Part shown: piece after piece, positions 1 to 8,768 of the stretch | How positions within the stretch are numbered: the stretch's first letter is position 1 | How the letters are laid out: the number at the start of each line of letters is the position of its first letter | Origin: a virus | Lineage: Duplodnaviria; Heunggongvirae; Uroviricota; Caudoviricetes | Reading direction: 5' to 3' (one strand) | Virus record (IMG/VR): IMGVR_UViG_2617270952_000006 | DNA: 43,639 nt | The notes under the pieces: generated by a model | Seen by the model: the letters and a program-made list of their open reading frames with translations, nothing else | Database searches by the model: none | What the model was told of the DNA's origin: nothing | Program-made: the position numbers and the translations under genes

Positions 1-162
1 TGGCAACTGCAGTTCACTTACACCGCTTCTCAACCCGGTACGCACCAGAAAATCATTGATATGGCCATGAATGGCGTTGGATGCCGGGCAACTGCCCGCA
101 TTATGGGCGTTGGCCTCAACACGATTTTACGTCACTTAAAAAACTCAGGCCGCAGTCGGTAA
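1..162 (+). CDS. insA: IS1 InsA, 3' fragment (5' end outside window)
   Basis: Frame 1 from position 1 translates to the InsA C-terminal sequence ending [10 protein letters not shown] then TAA at 160-162. Confidence 0.7.
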
Positions 163-584
163 CCTCGCGCATACAGCCGGGCAGTGACGTCATCGTCTGC
201 GCGGAAATGGACGAACAGTGGGGCTATGTCGGGGCTAAATCGCGCCAGCGCTGGCTGTTTTACGCGTATGACAGTCTCCGGAAGACGGTTGTTGCGCACG
301 TATTCGGTGAACGCACTATGGCGACGCTGGGGCGTCTTATGAGCCTGCTGTCACCCTTTGACGTGGTGATATGGATGACGGATGGCTGGCCGCTGTATGA
401 ATCCCGCCTGAAGGGAAAGCTGCACGTAATCAGCAAGCGATATACGCAGCGAATTGAGCGGCATAACCTGAATCTGAGGCAGCACCTGGCACGGCTGGGA
501 CGGAAGTCGCTGTCGTTCTCAAAATCGGTGGAGCTGCATGACAAAGTCATCGGGTATTATCTGAACATAAAACACTATCAATAA
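81..584 (+). CDS. insB: IS1 transposase InsB reading frame (normally expressed as InsAB' fusion by -1 frameshift)
   Basis: ORF-track 167-aa product contains the InsB sequence (..[41 protein letters not shown]..). Confidence 0.8.
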
Positions 585-601
585 GTTGGAGTCATTACCA
601 G

Positions 602-715
602 CATTTTAAGGATCTCGAAGGTAAAATTGAAGAAAGGCTTCAAAATCGCCAGGCTGAATATCAAAATGAAATTAATCAACCATCTGCGCCAGGTGTTAAT
701 TTTGATGATATTTAA
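602..715 (+). pseudogene. 3' remnant of an ORF apparently truncated by the IS1 insertion
   Basis: Open frame begins directly at the IS1 end with no start codon or RBS and runs 38 codons to TAA at 713-715; a hairpin terminator follows. Confidence 0.35.
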
Positions 716-861
716 AATTATTTTTCCAGTTTTTTGATTTTTCAACAGCTGAATATCGGAAATAGTCAGTGACGAACATCAGTATTTTTACATAATTACG
801 TCTAGGTCATTGTCGGTTTATCTCCTTTTACTTGTGGTAATTGAGGGATAACAACAAAAAA

Positions 862-888
862 GGTGAGTTTTGCGACTCACCTTTTTTA
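862..888. terminator. Bidirectional rho-independent terminator between the truncated ORF and mlaA
   Basis: Perfect hairpin aggtgagt/actcacct (861-868 and 875-882) flanked by an A-run upstream and a T-run downstream. Confidence 0.55.
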
Positions 889-896
889 TTTGTTTC

Positions 897-1652
897 TTAT
901 TCAGAATCAATATCTTTTAAATCATCCTGAATCGCTTGTGCGTTCGGATTTTCCTGCGGTTTGAGTTCGCCGCCATTAGCGATGAAATCATGACGCTGGA
1001 AGTACGCTTCGCGCACCATAATATAAGGATCGGACGACTGACGCAGCAGACCATCGGAATCCAGCAGCTGAGCGCGGGTTTCGATCCCTTCAAGCGTCCA
1101 TTTACCCACAGACATCGGCCAGGTCAGCCAGGAAAGAACCGGGTAAAGACCATCCGCCATATCACCACCGTCATCACGCAGCGTGAAGCTACCGTAGAAC
1201 GGTAACTGAACGTAAGGCCCATAACCCACGCCATAATGACCAAGCGTACTACCGAAGCGGTGAGGTTCAGTCCGTTGCAGTTTCGGGTTCGCCATCCCTG
1301 CAACATCAATAAAACCGCCCATCCCCAAAATGGTGTTCAGGAAAAAGCGGGTAAAGTGGACCATCCCCTGATAAGGGTCGCCCTGCAAGAAGTAGTTAAC
1401 CATCACCGCAGGTTCTTCAAGGTTGCCAGTAAAGTTGCTCAAACCGTTACGCGCCGGTTGCGGAACATAATCACGCCAGGCGACAGCGACCGGTCGAACA
1501 ATATACGGGTCTAATACATTGAAGTTGAAGTTGTACATGGTGCGGTTGAACCCTTCTAACGGGTCAGAACGCCCTTGCTGATCTGTACCGGAACTCGCAC
1601 ACCCCACCAGAAGCGTAGTTCCCAGAGCAAGCGCCGACAGGCGAAGCTTCAT
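897..1652 (-). CDS. mlaA: MlaA (VacJ) outer-membrane lipoprotein, phospholipid asymmetry maintenance
   Basis: 251-aa product with lipoprotein signal (..LLVGCASSG) and sequence recognised as E. coli MlaA/VacJ; synteny with yfdC and argW as in E. coli K-12. Confidence 0.9.
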   Translation of the reverse strand: MKLRLSALALGTTLLVGCASSGTDQQGRSDPLEGFNRTMYNFNFNVLDPYIVRPVAVAWRDYVPQPARNGLSNFTGNLEEPAVMVNYFLQGDPYQGMVHFTRFFLNTILGMGGFIDVAGMANPKLQRTEPHRFGSTLGHYGVGYGPYVQLPFYGSFTLRDDGGDMADGLYPVLSWLTWPMSVGKWTLEGIETRAQLLDSDGLLRQSSDPYIMVREAYFQRHDFIANGGELKPQENPNAQAIQDDLKDIDSE

Positions 1653-1945
1653 AAATGTCTCCCTGTTTTTTTATGGCTTATGCAGTTTGCCATCCATGAC
1701 GGAACGATACCGTATCCGCCTGTTTAGGTGTGGGCGATTGTAACAGCACGTCAACTGATGTCCAGACGCCCTGATTTGCTGATTTGATCATAGCCTGGTA
1801 ATCGCCGCCCTGTAGGCTACTTGATTCTATAGAAACAGAAAAAGGCAAACGCAGCCTTTTCTACATTTTCAGAGTAACTCCCGTCAGTTGCGAGCAAAAA
1901 AGCCGCTACGCTTTAGCTATACGTGCTAATTCAAGAGAAGAGACC

Positions 1946-2878
1946 ATGGACAACGACAAAATTGATCAACACAGCGACGAAATTGAAGTTGAGAGCGAAG
2001 AAAAAGAGCGCGGCAAAAAAATAGAAATAGATGAAGACCGACTCCCCTCCCGGGCGATGGCAATTCATGAGCATATCCGCCAGGATGGTGAAAAAGAGCT
2101 GGAACGCGACGCAATGGCGCTACTGTGGTCAGCCATTGCGGCGGGGCTGTCGATGGGCGCTTCGTTACTGGCAAAAGGGATATTTCAAGTCGAACTGGAA
2201 GGTGTGCCGGGCAGCTTCTTGCTGGAGAATCTCGGTTATACCTTTGGTTTTATTATCGTCATTATGGCCCGCCAGCAATTATTTACCGAAAATACCGTGA
2301 CTGCGGTACTACCCGTCATGCAAAAACCGACAATGAGCAACGTCGGCTTACTTATACGGTTATGGGGCGTCGTGCTGCTGGGTAATATTCTCGGGACAGG
2401 TATTGCGGCGTGGGCATTTGAATATATGCCTATCTTCAATGAAGAAACTCGCGATGCATTTGTCAAAATCGGCATGGATGTGATGAAGAACACCCCCAGC
2501 GAGATGTTTGCCAACGCGATCATTTCCGGCTGGCTGATCGCCACTATGGTTTGGATGTTTCCTGCAGCGGGTGCGGCAAAGATTGTGGTGATTATATTGA
2601 TGACCTGGCTTATTGCCCTGGGTGACACCACCCATATCGTGGTCGGTTCTGTTGAAATCCTCTATCTGGTGTTTAACGGTACGCTGCACTGGAGCGATTT
2701 CATCTGGCCCTTCGCACTACCTACTTTAGCGGGGAACATCTGCGGCGGCACCTTTATCTTCGCGTTAATGAGTCATGCACAGATTCGTAACGACATGAGC
2801 AATAAGCGTAAAGCAGAAGCACGCCAAAAAGCAGAACGTGCGGAAAACATTAAGAAAAATTATAAAAACCCGGCATAA
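1946..2878 (+). CDS. yfdC: Formate/nitrite transporter family inner membrane protein YfdC
   Basis: 310-aa polytopic membrane protein; sequence and position between mlaA and argW match E. coli yfdC. Confidence 0.85.
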   Translation: MDNDKIDQHSDEIEVESEEKERGKKIEIDEDRLPSRAMAIHEHIRQDGEKELERDAMALLWSAIAAGLSMGASLLAKGIFQVELEGVPGSFLLENLGYTFGFIIVIMARQQLFTENTVTAVLPVMQKPTMSNVGLLIRLWGVVLLGNILGTGIAAWAFEYMPIFNEETRDAFVKIGMDVMKNTPSEMFANAIISGWLIATMVWMFPAAGAAKIVVIILMTWLIALGDTTHIVVGSVEILYLVFNGTLHWSDFIWPFALPTLAGNICGGTFIFALMSHAQIRNDMSNKRKAEARQKAERAENIKKNYKNPA

Positions 2879-2953
2879 ATGGCGAGGGTTTAAGCAATCG
2901 AGCGGCAGCGTACTTACCCCGCACTCCATTAGCGGGTATACTCATGCCGCATT

Positions 2954-3028
2954 GTCCTCTTAGTTAAATGGATATAACGAGCCCCTCCTAAGGGCTAATT
3001 GCAGGTTCGATTCCTGCAGGGGACACCA
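2954..3028 (+). tRNA. argW: tRNA-Arg (anticodon CCU)
   Basis: 75-nt sequence gtcctcttagttaaatggatataacgagcccctcctaagggctaattgcaggttcgattcctgcaggggacacca with anticodon loop ctCCTaa and 3' terminal CCA-like end; known integration site for Sf6/CUS-3/KplE1-type prophages. Confidence 0.9.
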
Positions 3029-3189
3029 TTTATCAGTTCGCTCCCATCCGTACCAGTCCGCAAAATCCCCTGAATATCAAGCCTTCCGTAGATTCACAGT
3101 TCGTAATGGTTCGCGTCAGATCGTTGACAGCCGCACTCCATGACGGGTAAAAAGTGGATAAAATAATTTTACCCACCGGATTTTTACCC

Positions 3190-4347
3190 ATGCTCACCGT
3201 TAAGCAGATTGAAGCAGCAAAGCCGAAAGAAAAACCATACCGCCTACTCGATGGTAATGGCCTGTACCTTTATGTCCCTGTGTCAGGGAAAAAGGTATGG
3301 CAGCTTCGCTACAAGATTGACGGTAAGGAGAAAATCCTGACCGTAGGAAAATATCCGCTAATGACTTTGCAGGAGGCAAGAGATAAAGCATGGACCGCGA
3401 GGAAAGACATCTCGGTTGGCATCGATCCGGTAAAAGCGAAAAAGGCTTCGTCTAACAACAATTCCTTTAGTGCAATTTACAAGGAATGGTACGAACACAA
3501 GAAGCAAGTCTGGTCAGTAGGGTATGCGACTGAACTTGCAAAAATGTTTGATGACGACATTTTACCCATCATCGGCGGTCTTGAGATTCAGGATATTGAG
3601 CCGATGCAACTGCTGGAAGTAATCCGCAGATTTGAAGATCGCGGTGCAATGGAGCGAGCCAACAAAGCCCGCAGAAGATGCGGCGAGGTTTTCCGTTACG
3701 CTATTGTCACTGGTAGGGCTAAATATAACCCGGCACCTGACCTTGCAGACGCCATGAAAGGATACCGCAAGAAGAACTTCCCGTTTCTTCCTGCAGACCA
3801 GATCCCTGCATTCAACAAAGCACTGGCAACATTTTCAGGAAGCATCGTATCGCTCATTGCGACCAAAGTTTTACGCTACACAGCCCTAAGAACGAAAGAG
3901 CTTCGTTCCATGCAATGGAAGAACGTCGATTTTGAAAACAGGATTATCACTATCGACGCCAGTGTGATGAAGGGCCGCAAGATTCATGTTGTTCCTATGT
4001 CAGACCAGGTGGTTGAACTTCTCACTACGCTAAGCTCCATCACTAAACCAGTATCAGAGTTTGTTTTTGCCGGGCGCAACGATAAGAAGAAGCCAATCTG
4101 CGAGAACGCGGTATTGCTTGTTATCAAACAAATCGGCTATGAGGGTCTGGAAAGCGGTCACGGATTCAGGCATGAATTCAGCACAATTATGAACGAGCAC
4201 GAATGGCCTGCTGACGCTATTGAAGTGCAACTGGCACATGCCAACGGCGGATCTGTGCGTGGAATTTACAACCATGCTCAGTATCTCGATAAGCGCAGAG
4301 AAATGATGCAGTGGTGGGCGGACTGGCTTGATGAAAAGGGGGAGTGA
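3190..4347 (+). CDS. intS: Tyrosine integrase, P4 family (IntS-like)
   Basis: 385-aa product from ATG 3190 (ORF track extends to 3154 from GTG); N-terminal arm-binding domain and C-terminal catalytic region (..HGFRHEF..LAHANG..RGIYNHAQY); immediately downstream of argW as in E. coli K-12 KplE1/CPS-53. Confidence 0.9.
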   Translation: MLTVKQIEAAKPKEKPYRLLDGNGLYLYVPVSGKKVWQLRYKIDGKEKILTVGKYPLMTLQEARDKAWTARKDISVGIDPVKAKKASSNNNSFSAIYKEWYEHKKQVWSVGYATELAKMFDDDILPIIGGLEIQDIEPMQLLEVIRRFEDRGAMERANKARRRCGEVFRYAIVTGRAKYNPAPDLADAMKGYRKKNFPFLPADQIPAFNKALATFSGSIVSLIATKVLRYTALRTKELRSMQWKNVDFENRIITIDASVMKGRKIHVVPMSDQVVELLTTLSSITKPVSEFVFAGRNDKKKPICENAVLLVIKQIGYEGLESGHGFRHEFSTIMNEHEWPADAIEVQLAHANGGSVRGIYNHAQYLDKRREMMQWWADWLDEKGE

Positions 4348-4438
4348 CCAACCTTAACCACTATCGGATAGTACAAAGCTTTGCAATCCAGACAAGGCTT
4401 TGTTTTGTCTAAGTTTGGTCACATTAGATGTGAAATCT

Positions 4439-6451
4439 TCAAATCAGCCCATAAATAACATTATGCAAATGAAGAGAGCCTGCTTCACCGGAAACATCAA
4501 AATCAATCCTAACTTTGCTTGCTCCAGGAGGAACAATATCTATTAATGCGTAGAAATTCCATGTGGAGCCTGATGGAATTGTAAATGTTGCTTTTCCCTG
4601 AACAGAGTTCCCTTCTTTATCAAAAAACTCAATACCAGAGATTGTTGTCACTTGATTCTTAGCCCAAAAACCTAACTGGAAATATCGTCCTGGTGAGCAG
4701 TCTGAGCACTCCTGATAAAATTTTGCAGATGCTCCTATAGATGGTATTGCTACATACAAAGACCTGGAAAACATAATATCATTTGGAACATCAGAATCCG
4801 TTCCTGCTGTAACAACACCTGAACCAGTTTGTTGAAGGCTCCAGTTAGAGTAGTTTAAAAACTGTCCACTTCCATTTGATAGCGAATTTATGTATGGACT
4901 AACTATGTTCCCTTTATCCCACTGAGTTGTTATAAATCCAGATCGTGGATAGCATCCATATGACATTATTTTTTTACTATTACCTCCAACTACCTGTCTA
5001 GTTGCTGATCCTGTCGCCAAATCCATTTGGTCAAATAAAGGCAATGAGCAATTTGTTAATGAAAGTACTGAATCATCATTTACAACAAACGGAACTGAAC
5101 TATATCCAGAGGGAGTAAGTAGCGTTGTATCTTTAATGCTTATTCTTGTGCTTCCAGATGCAGAGAACGCCACAAAGCTTTGACCTGGCTGAAACTCAAT
5201 ATTTCCACTTGAGTAAACAACGGTTGCGTTATCTTCAATAAAAACAGTAGAATCAAAATAACCTTCTTTCTTACCTGCTGGCATAGAGCAACAGTTAAAA
5301 ATAAATTGACCATTTCTAATTGTCAATGGACCTCCATTATCAACAACCCAACAATTATTAAATGTCATTACCTCGCCTGAGTTTGATGGAGAATTAAATA
5401 TAATTGTGTTGTTTAGACATCTTGATATTGTTACTTTGTCAAATAAAATTCTATATGAATTATCAAGAAACTCAATTCCAGCAGATGATATGAATGAAGA
5501 ATTACTTATTCTTAACTCTGATAATTCACCAGTGCCAATACCTCCAAGTAAAATCTTTTTAGATCCTAGCATCTTAAAAGATATGCCATCTAAAATTGAT
5601 GTTGCATTTATTTCATCCCTATTATCATAAGAAATATTAGAGTTACTTAACCTAATTGCATAATCACCTGATATCCCATTAATCTCAGTTAAAACGCATT
5701 TATTCGATCCTCTTAACCCACCTTTCGCGAAATCAATATCAATTAAAGACGAGAATTCTCCACTACATGGAACAACGCAATCATAACCTAGAGAGTTTAT
5801 TTTATTAATAAATAATGCAATATCCCCAGCGCCGCTGTAACCAGCGTCATATACAGAAAACTCAAGGCTTGGGTTTATTCTCTTCCAATTTACACCGTTA
5901 CCTTCTAAAACCATTACGTTATCAACTGCAATTGACTTGTCTACAGCTACAACAAACCCACCACCAAGTTCGAGTCCGGATACGTATGATTTTAAATATA
6001 ATTTATCAGATATCGACATTCCTTGTATATCTTTAAGGGAGTTAGCGCTCTCTACCATTCCAATGTATTTGTATCCAATATTACTTGATAGTTTTATAGA
6101 TAACTGATCAGGATCATACTTCAGCACATTAGGAAAATAGAACTGCTGCGCACCGTACGCATCATAAACAGCCATAGAATGGCCTTGCACGGTTACGAAT
6201 TTGGCAATCTGTCCGTTATATACCGGGTAACCAGCAGCGTTAATGATGATTGGTTGCGATACAGGAACGTGAGAACCGTCTTCGTTCTCTACATAAACCT
6301 GAATCTGGTTTTCAGGATTTACCGGGTCAGTGTCAATTTTTCCGATATAAATTTTGCCATTGGCATTTGCTTTAAACGAGCGAGCTAAAGTAAATAACTG
6401 ACTTGGTTGTGAAACAACAACGTTGTATAATTGTTCTGGCATAATAAACAT
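4439..6451 (-). CDS. Tailspike protein: P22 gp9-like N-terminal head-binding domain fused to a distinct beta-helix receptor-binding/depolymerase domain
   Basis: N-terminal ~110 aa align with P22 tailspike (..NVVVS.P...F...[34 protein letters not shown]....P.IINAAG...YNGQ......VQGHSMA.YDA.G.Q......NVLKYDPDQ); remainder is N/S/G-rich repeat-like sequence typical of parallel beta-helix; visibly A+T-rich. Confidence 0.85.
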   Translation of the reverse strand: MFIMPEQLYNVVVSQPSQLFTLARSFKANANGKIYIGKIDTDPVNPENQIQVYVENEDGSHVPVSQPIIINAAGYPVYNGQIAKFVTVQGHSMAVYDAYGAQQFYFPNVLKYDPDQLSIKLSSNIGYKYIGMVESANSLKDIQGMSISDKLYLKSYVSGLELGGGFVVAVDKSIAVDNVMVLEGNGVNWKRINPSLEFSVYDAGYSGAGDIALFINKINSLGYDCVVPCSGEFSSLIDIDFAKGGLRGSNKCVLTEINGISGDYAIRLSNSNISYDNRDEINATSILDGISFKMLGSKKILLGGIGTGELSELRISNSSFISSAGIEFLDNSYRILFDKVTISRCLNNTIIFNSPSNSGEVMTFNNCWVVDNGGPLTIRNGQFIFNCCSMPAGKKEGYFDSTVFIEDNATVVYSSGNIEFQPGQSFVAFSASGSTRISIKDTTLLTPSGYSSVPFVVNDDSVLSLTNCSLPLFDQMDLATGSATRQVVGGNSKKIMSYGCYPRSGFITTQWDKGNIVSPYINSLSNGSGQFLNYSNWSLQQTGSGVVTAGTDSDVPNDIMFSRSLYVAIPSIGASAKFYQECSDCSPGRYFQLGFWAKNQVTTISGIEFFDKEGNSVQGKATFTIPSGSTWNFYALIDIVPPGASKVRIDFDVSGEAGSLHLHNVIYGLI

Positions 6452-6464
6452 TCCGGAGAAAATA

Positions 6465-6965
6465 ATGAGTAAGAGACGTCACGAGGTAGTAACTCGGGAG
6501 CGCCTTATGGAGGTTCTCGATTACAATAAAGAAACAGGAATTTTCACTTGGAAAAAGAAATTAAGCGCCAGAGGTGCTGTTGGGAAAGTTGCTGGCACAA
6601 TTTCTTATGGATATAACGCAATTAATATTGATGGCGTAAGATATTTTGCACATAGACTTGCCTGGCTGTATGTATATGGCGAATGGCCCAAACAAGAGAT
6701 TGACCACATTGATAGAAACAGAAGAAATAACGCAATCTCAAACCTTAGGGATGTCAGCAGAGTCGTAAATGCATTAAATGTCGGACCTCGAAATAGCAAT
6801 GCTGGAATCAAGGGGGTAACTTTCTGTCAAGCCAGAAATCAATGGCAAGCTCAGATAAATGTCTCAGGTAAAAACATAACCCTTGGGAGATTCAACACCA
6901 TTGATGAAGCGGCTATAGCTTATAAGGCAGCAAACATGGTTGCTGACCATCTGTTGAGTAGGTAA
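6465..6965 (+). CDS. HNH endonuclease with C-terminal AP2-like DNA-binding domain (free-standing homing-endonuclease type)
   Basis: Motifs ..[17 protein letters not shown].. (HNH) and ..[40 protein letters not shown].. (AP2-like); ATG 6465 preceded by GGAG RBS; A+T-rich; opposite strand to flanking late genes. Confidence 0.7.
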   Translation: MSKRRHEVVTRERLMEVLDYNKETGIFTWKKKLSARGAVGKVAGTISYGYNAINIDGVRYFAHRLAWLYVYGEWPKQEIDHIDRNRRNNAISNLRDVSRVVNALNVGPRNSNAGIKGVTFCQARNQWQAQINVSGKNITLGRFNTIDEAAIAYKAANMVADHLLSR

Positions 6966-7032
6966 TGTCTGTCATTTAATTTGCTCCAGATGCAAGGAAT
7001 CGCCGCAGCATGGCTACGGTGAATTTTGGGCA

Positions 7033-7056
7033 TAAAAAAACCCAGCCGAAGCTGGG
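7033..7056 (-). terminator. Rho-independent terminator downstream of ant
   Basis: Hairpin cccagc-cgaa-gctggg with a 7-nt T-run on the minus strand immediately 3' of it. Confidence 0.5.
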
Positions 7057-7075
7057 TCGTTGCGTTGGTTATCTG

Positions 7076-8011
7076 TCAGTAGTTATGTACTGAAGGAGGT
7101 AATTCTTTATTCTTAAGTCTCATCCATGCGGAAAGATTCGTTGGTCCGTCTGGCTCATTAATATCAACATCTCGTGTGCGATTGATTAAAACGTCTCTCG
7201 CCATTCCGATAACATACGAGAACTCATGACCGTAGTCGTAGCATCTGCCTGAATAGTTCGATTGAATTTGTTTTAGCGCCGGATACAGTTCGCGGAATAA
7301 TGCCTGTGAGCGGTTGGCATAATCCCATAACCATACAAGGCTGTTTACTTCTTTTGCAGAAAGCTCGTTGGTTTTCTTCTCTTGTTTGCCAATGAACTCA
7401 CCTTCAAGTGGAACTCGAGCTGCAAGTGATAGTGCTTCGGTAAACTGCTCCTCACTGATTTCTTTGTATGAACATCCAAAATGGGATTTCAGTGACGACC
7501 ACATGGTGATCATCGCCTTAGCCTGTTTTTCCTTTGGCAGAGACTGACCGCGACTCATGACGAGTTGTTTAATGGCTTCCTGCTGTTCAGTGGTGATTTT
7601 ACCCGGCAACGCCTTTTTAGCTTTGCGCGGGTTAACTACATGGCCTTTAGTCCAGTAGTCATGCAGCACGCTAAAGCATTCCTCCTGGTACTGAATCAGT
7701 TTATCGCGGATGTCAGCACGAACTTTCTCAGGGTTGATGCTGAACAGCCATCCATTTAACTTCTTCAAAGGAAGGCAGAGTAGCTTACGAAGCTTTCCAT
7801 CAGCAGCAACCATATTCATATGAATACATTTGAACTTATCTAGTTGTTTCATAAGTTTTTGTTGCTGAGTACCCCAGCTCATTCCGAGGTTTTCAACGAT
7901 TGGCTTCATCGCAACATATGCAACTCCGGCAGCCATGGCGGTGATAATTTGCTGACCGTTGAATGGTACGTAAGAGGTGTTCACTGCTTCTAAAATTGCT
8001 ATACTATTCAT
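7076..8011 (-). CDS. ant: Antirepressor Ant (P22 immI-type)
   Basis: Large ORF immediately downstream of arc on the same strand; start taken at ATG 8011 ([17 protein letters not shown]..); ORF track extends to a GTG at 8077 that overlaps the upstream ORF. Confidence 0.7.
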   Translation of the reverse strand: MNSIAILEAVNTSYVPFNGQQIITAMAAGVAYVAMKPIVENLGMSWGTQQQKLMKQLDKFKCIHMNMVAADGKLRKLLCLPLKKLNGWLFSINPEKVRADIRDKLIQYQEECFSVLHDYWTKGHVVNPRKAKKALPGKITTEQQEAIKQLVMSRGQSLPKEKQAKAMITMWSSLKSHFGCSYKEISEEQFTEALSLAARVPLEGEFIGKQEKKTNELSAKEVNSLVWLWDYANRSQALFRELYPALKQIQSNYSGRCYDYGHEFSYVIGMARDVLINRTRDVDINEPDGPTNLSAWMRLKNKELPPSVHNY

Positions 8012-8073
8012 GTTGGTTTTTCTCCACGGATTTACTGACAACCGAAGCCCTGACTGTTCCCGCAGTTGGGGCT

Positions 8074-8256
8074 TCACTGTTTTATGTTCACATCTAACAT
8101 TGTTTTTCTAGAATTTAACTCTTTCCCCATCGCTTCAACGCAAAGAGATACACAACTACTACAGATAAATATCTCTGCTTTAGCGCGAATCAACATTGCA
8201 CATTCATGCTGAGGCTTTCCGCAGAAGGAGCACTTAAAGCCATCTTCTTTATTCAT
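8074..8256 (-). CDS. 60-aa protein with ClpX-type C4 zinc-ribbon (ZBD-like) motif
   Basis: [43 protein letters not shown].. parallels the ClpX N-terminal zinc-binding domain (CSFCGK.QHE..LI......IC..CV.LC); start ATG overlaps arc stop (ATGA); preceded by GGGGGTGG RBS. Confidence 0.6.
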   Translation of the reverse strand: MNKEDGFKCSFCGKPQHECAMLIRAKAEIFICSSCVSLCVEAMGKELNSRKTMLDVNIKQ

Positions 8257-8405
8257 ATCGCCACCCCCTCTTTCTTCAGGCTGTCTATCAGGCGCTTGAT
8301 AACCTCTGAGTTAAACGACCTGCACTCTTCCTTTGCCCTGCTACCGATAGCATCCTTTAACGACTGCGGCATCCTTACCAAAATCTTACTTATTTCTTTC
8401 TCCAT
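8253..8405 (-). CDS. arc: Arc-like ribbon-helix-helix repressor
   Basis: 50-aa product [50 protein letters not shown]; RHH signature (..RSFNSE..) as in P22 Arc; GGAGGG RBS upstream of ATG 8405. Confidence 0.7.
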   Translation of the reverse strand: MEKEISKILVRMPQSLKDAIGSRAKEECRSFNSEVIKRLIDSLKKEGVAI

Positions 8406-8519
8406 GTTACCCTCCACACAAACAACTCTTTTCGAATACAAAAGATAGCAAAGTGAGTATATCTAGTCAAAATTTTTTTGCATACACTTTGATATCAAAT
8501 TGAATACCAAAGGTGTGTT
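8406..8519. promoter_or_regulatory. Divergent mnt/arc control region (Pant/Pmnt analog) containing a perfect 12-bp palindrome TTTGATATCAAA at 8488-8499
   Basis: Intergenic region between divergently oriented RHH repressor genes; palindrome seen directly; A+T-rich. Confidence 0.4.
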
Positions 8520-8768
8520 ATGGCAAAGGGTGTGTCAATTTCTCCAACTACGGTAAGAATCCCTGAATCTTTACGCGAGGCTCTTGCTGTTAGAGCATCA
8601 AAAAATGGTCGCTCTGTTAACTCCGAGATCGTCATGATTTTGCAAGCCGCGATTGATGAAGATAGGTCGCCAAAGTCAGTTGAGTCATTTGCTCAGCAAG
8701 AAGCTGACAAATTCAAAGAGGCGCTGCTGGAGACGCTGAAAACCATGTATGGTAAGGATGATAAATAA
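8520..8768 (+). CDS. mnt: Mnt-like ribbon-helix-helix repressor
   Basis: 82-aa product with N-terminal RHH (..RIPESLREALAVRASKNGRSVNSEIV..) and C-terminal helical region, divergent from arc as in P22 immI. Confidence 0.75.
   Translation: MAKGVSISPTTVRIPESLREALAVRASKNGRSVNSEIVMILQAAIDEDRSPKSVESFAQQEADKFKEALLETLKTMYGKDDK

Larger units (their letters stand above)
1..599 (+). mobile_element. IS1: IS1 insertion sequence, right-hand ~600 bp (left part lies outside the window)
   Basis: Translations match IS1 InsA C-terminus (..[22 protein letters not shown]) and InsB; sequence ends with the characteristic IS1 terminal inverted repeat (..aagttggagtcattacc) at ~583-599. Confidence 0.85.

Noticed and set aside
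260-550. 96-aa minus-strand ORF inside IS1
   Set aside because: Antisense to insB within a well-known insertion sequence; no independent support.
936-1514. Several 60-92 aa ORFs on both strands overlapping mlaA
   Set aside because: Fully nested within or antisense to a recognised conserved gene; typical six-frame noise.
2031-2689. Alternative-frame and antisense ORFs overlapping yfdC
   Set aside because: Overlap a recognised membrane transporter gene; no RBS or motif.
4348-4438. O-antigen or capsule modification gene (gtr/oac/neuO-type) at the int-tailspike junction
   Set aside because: Only ~90 bp separate the convergent int and tailspike stops; the interval holds a 10-bp palindrome and hairpin-like sequence but no ORF.
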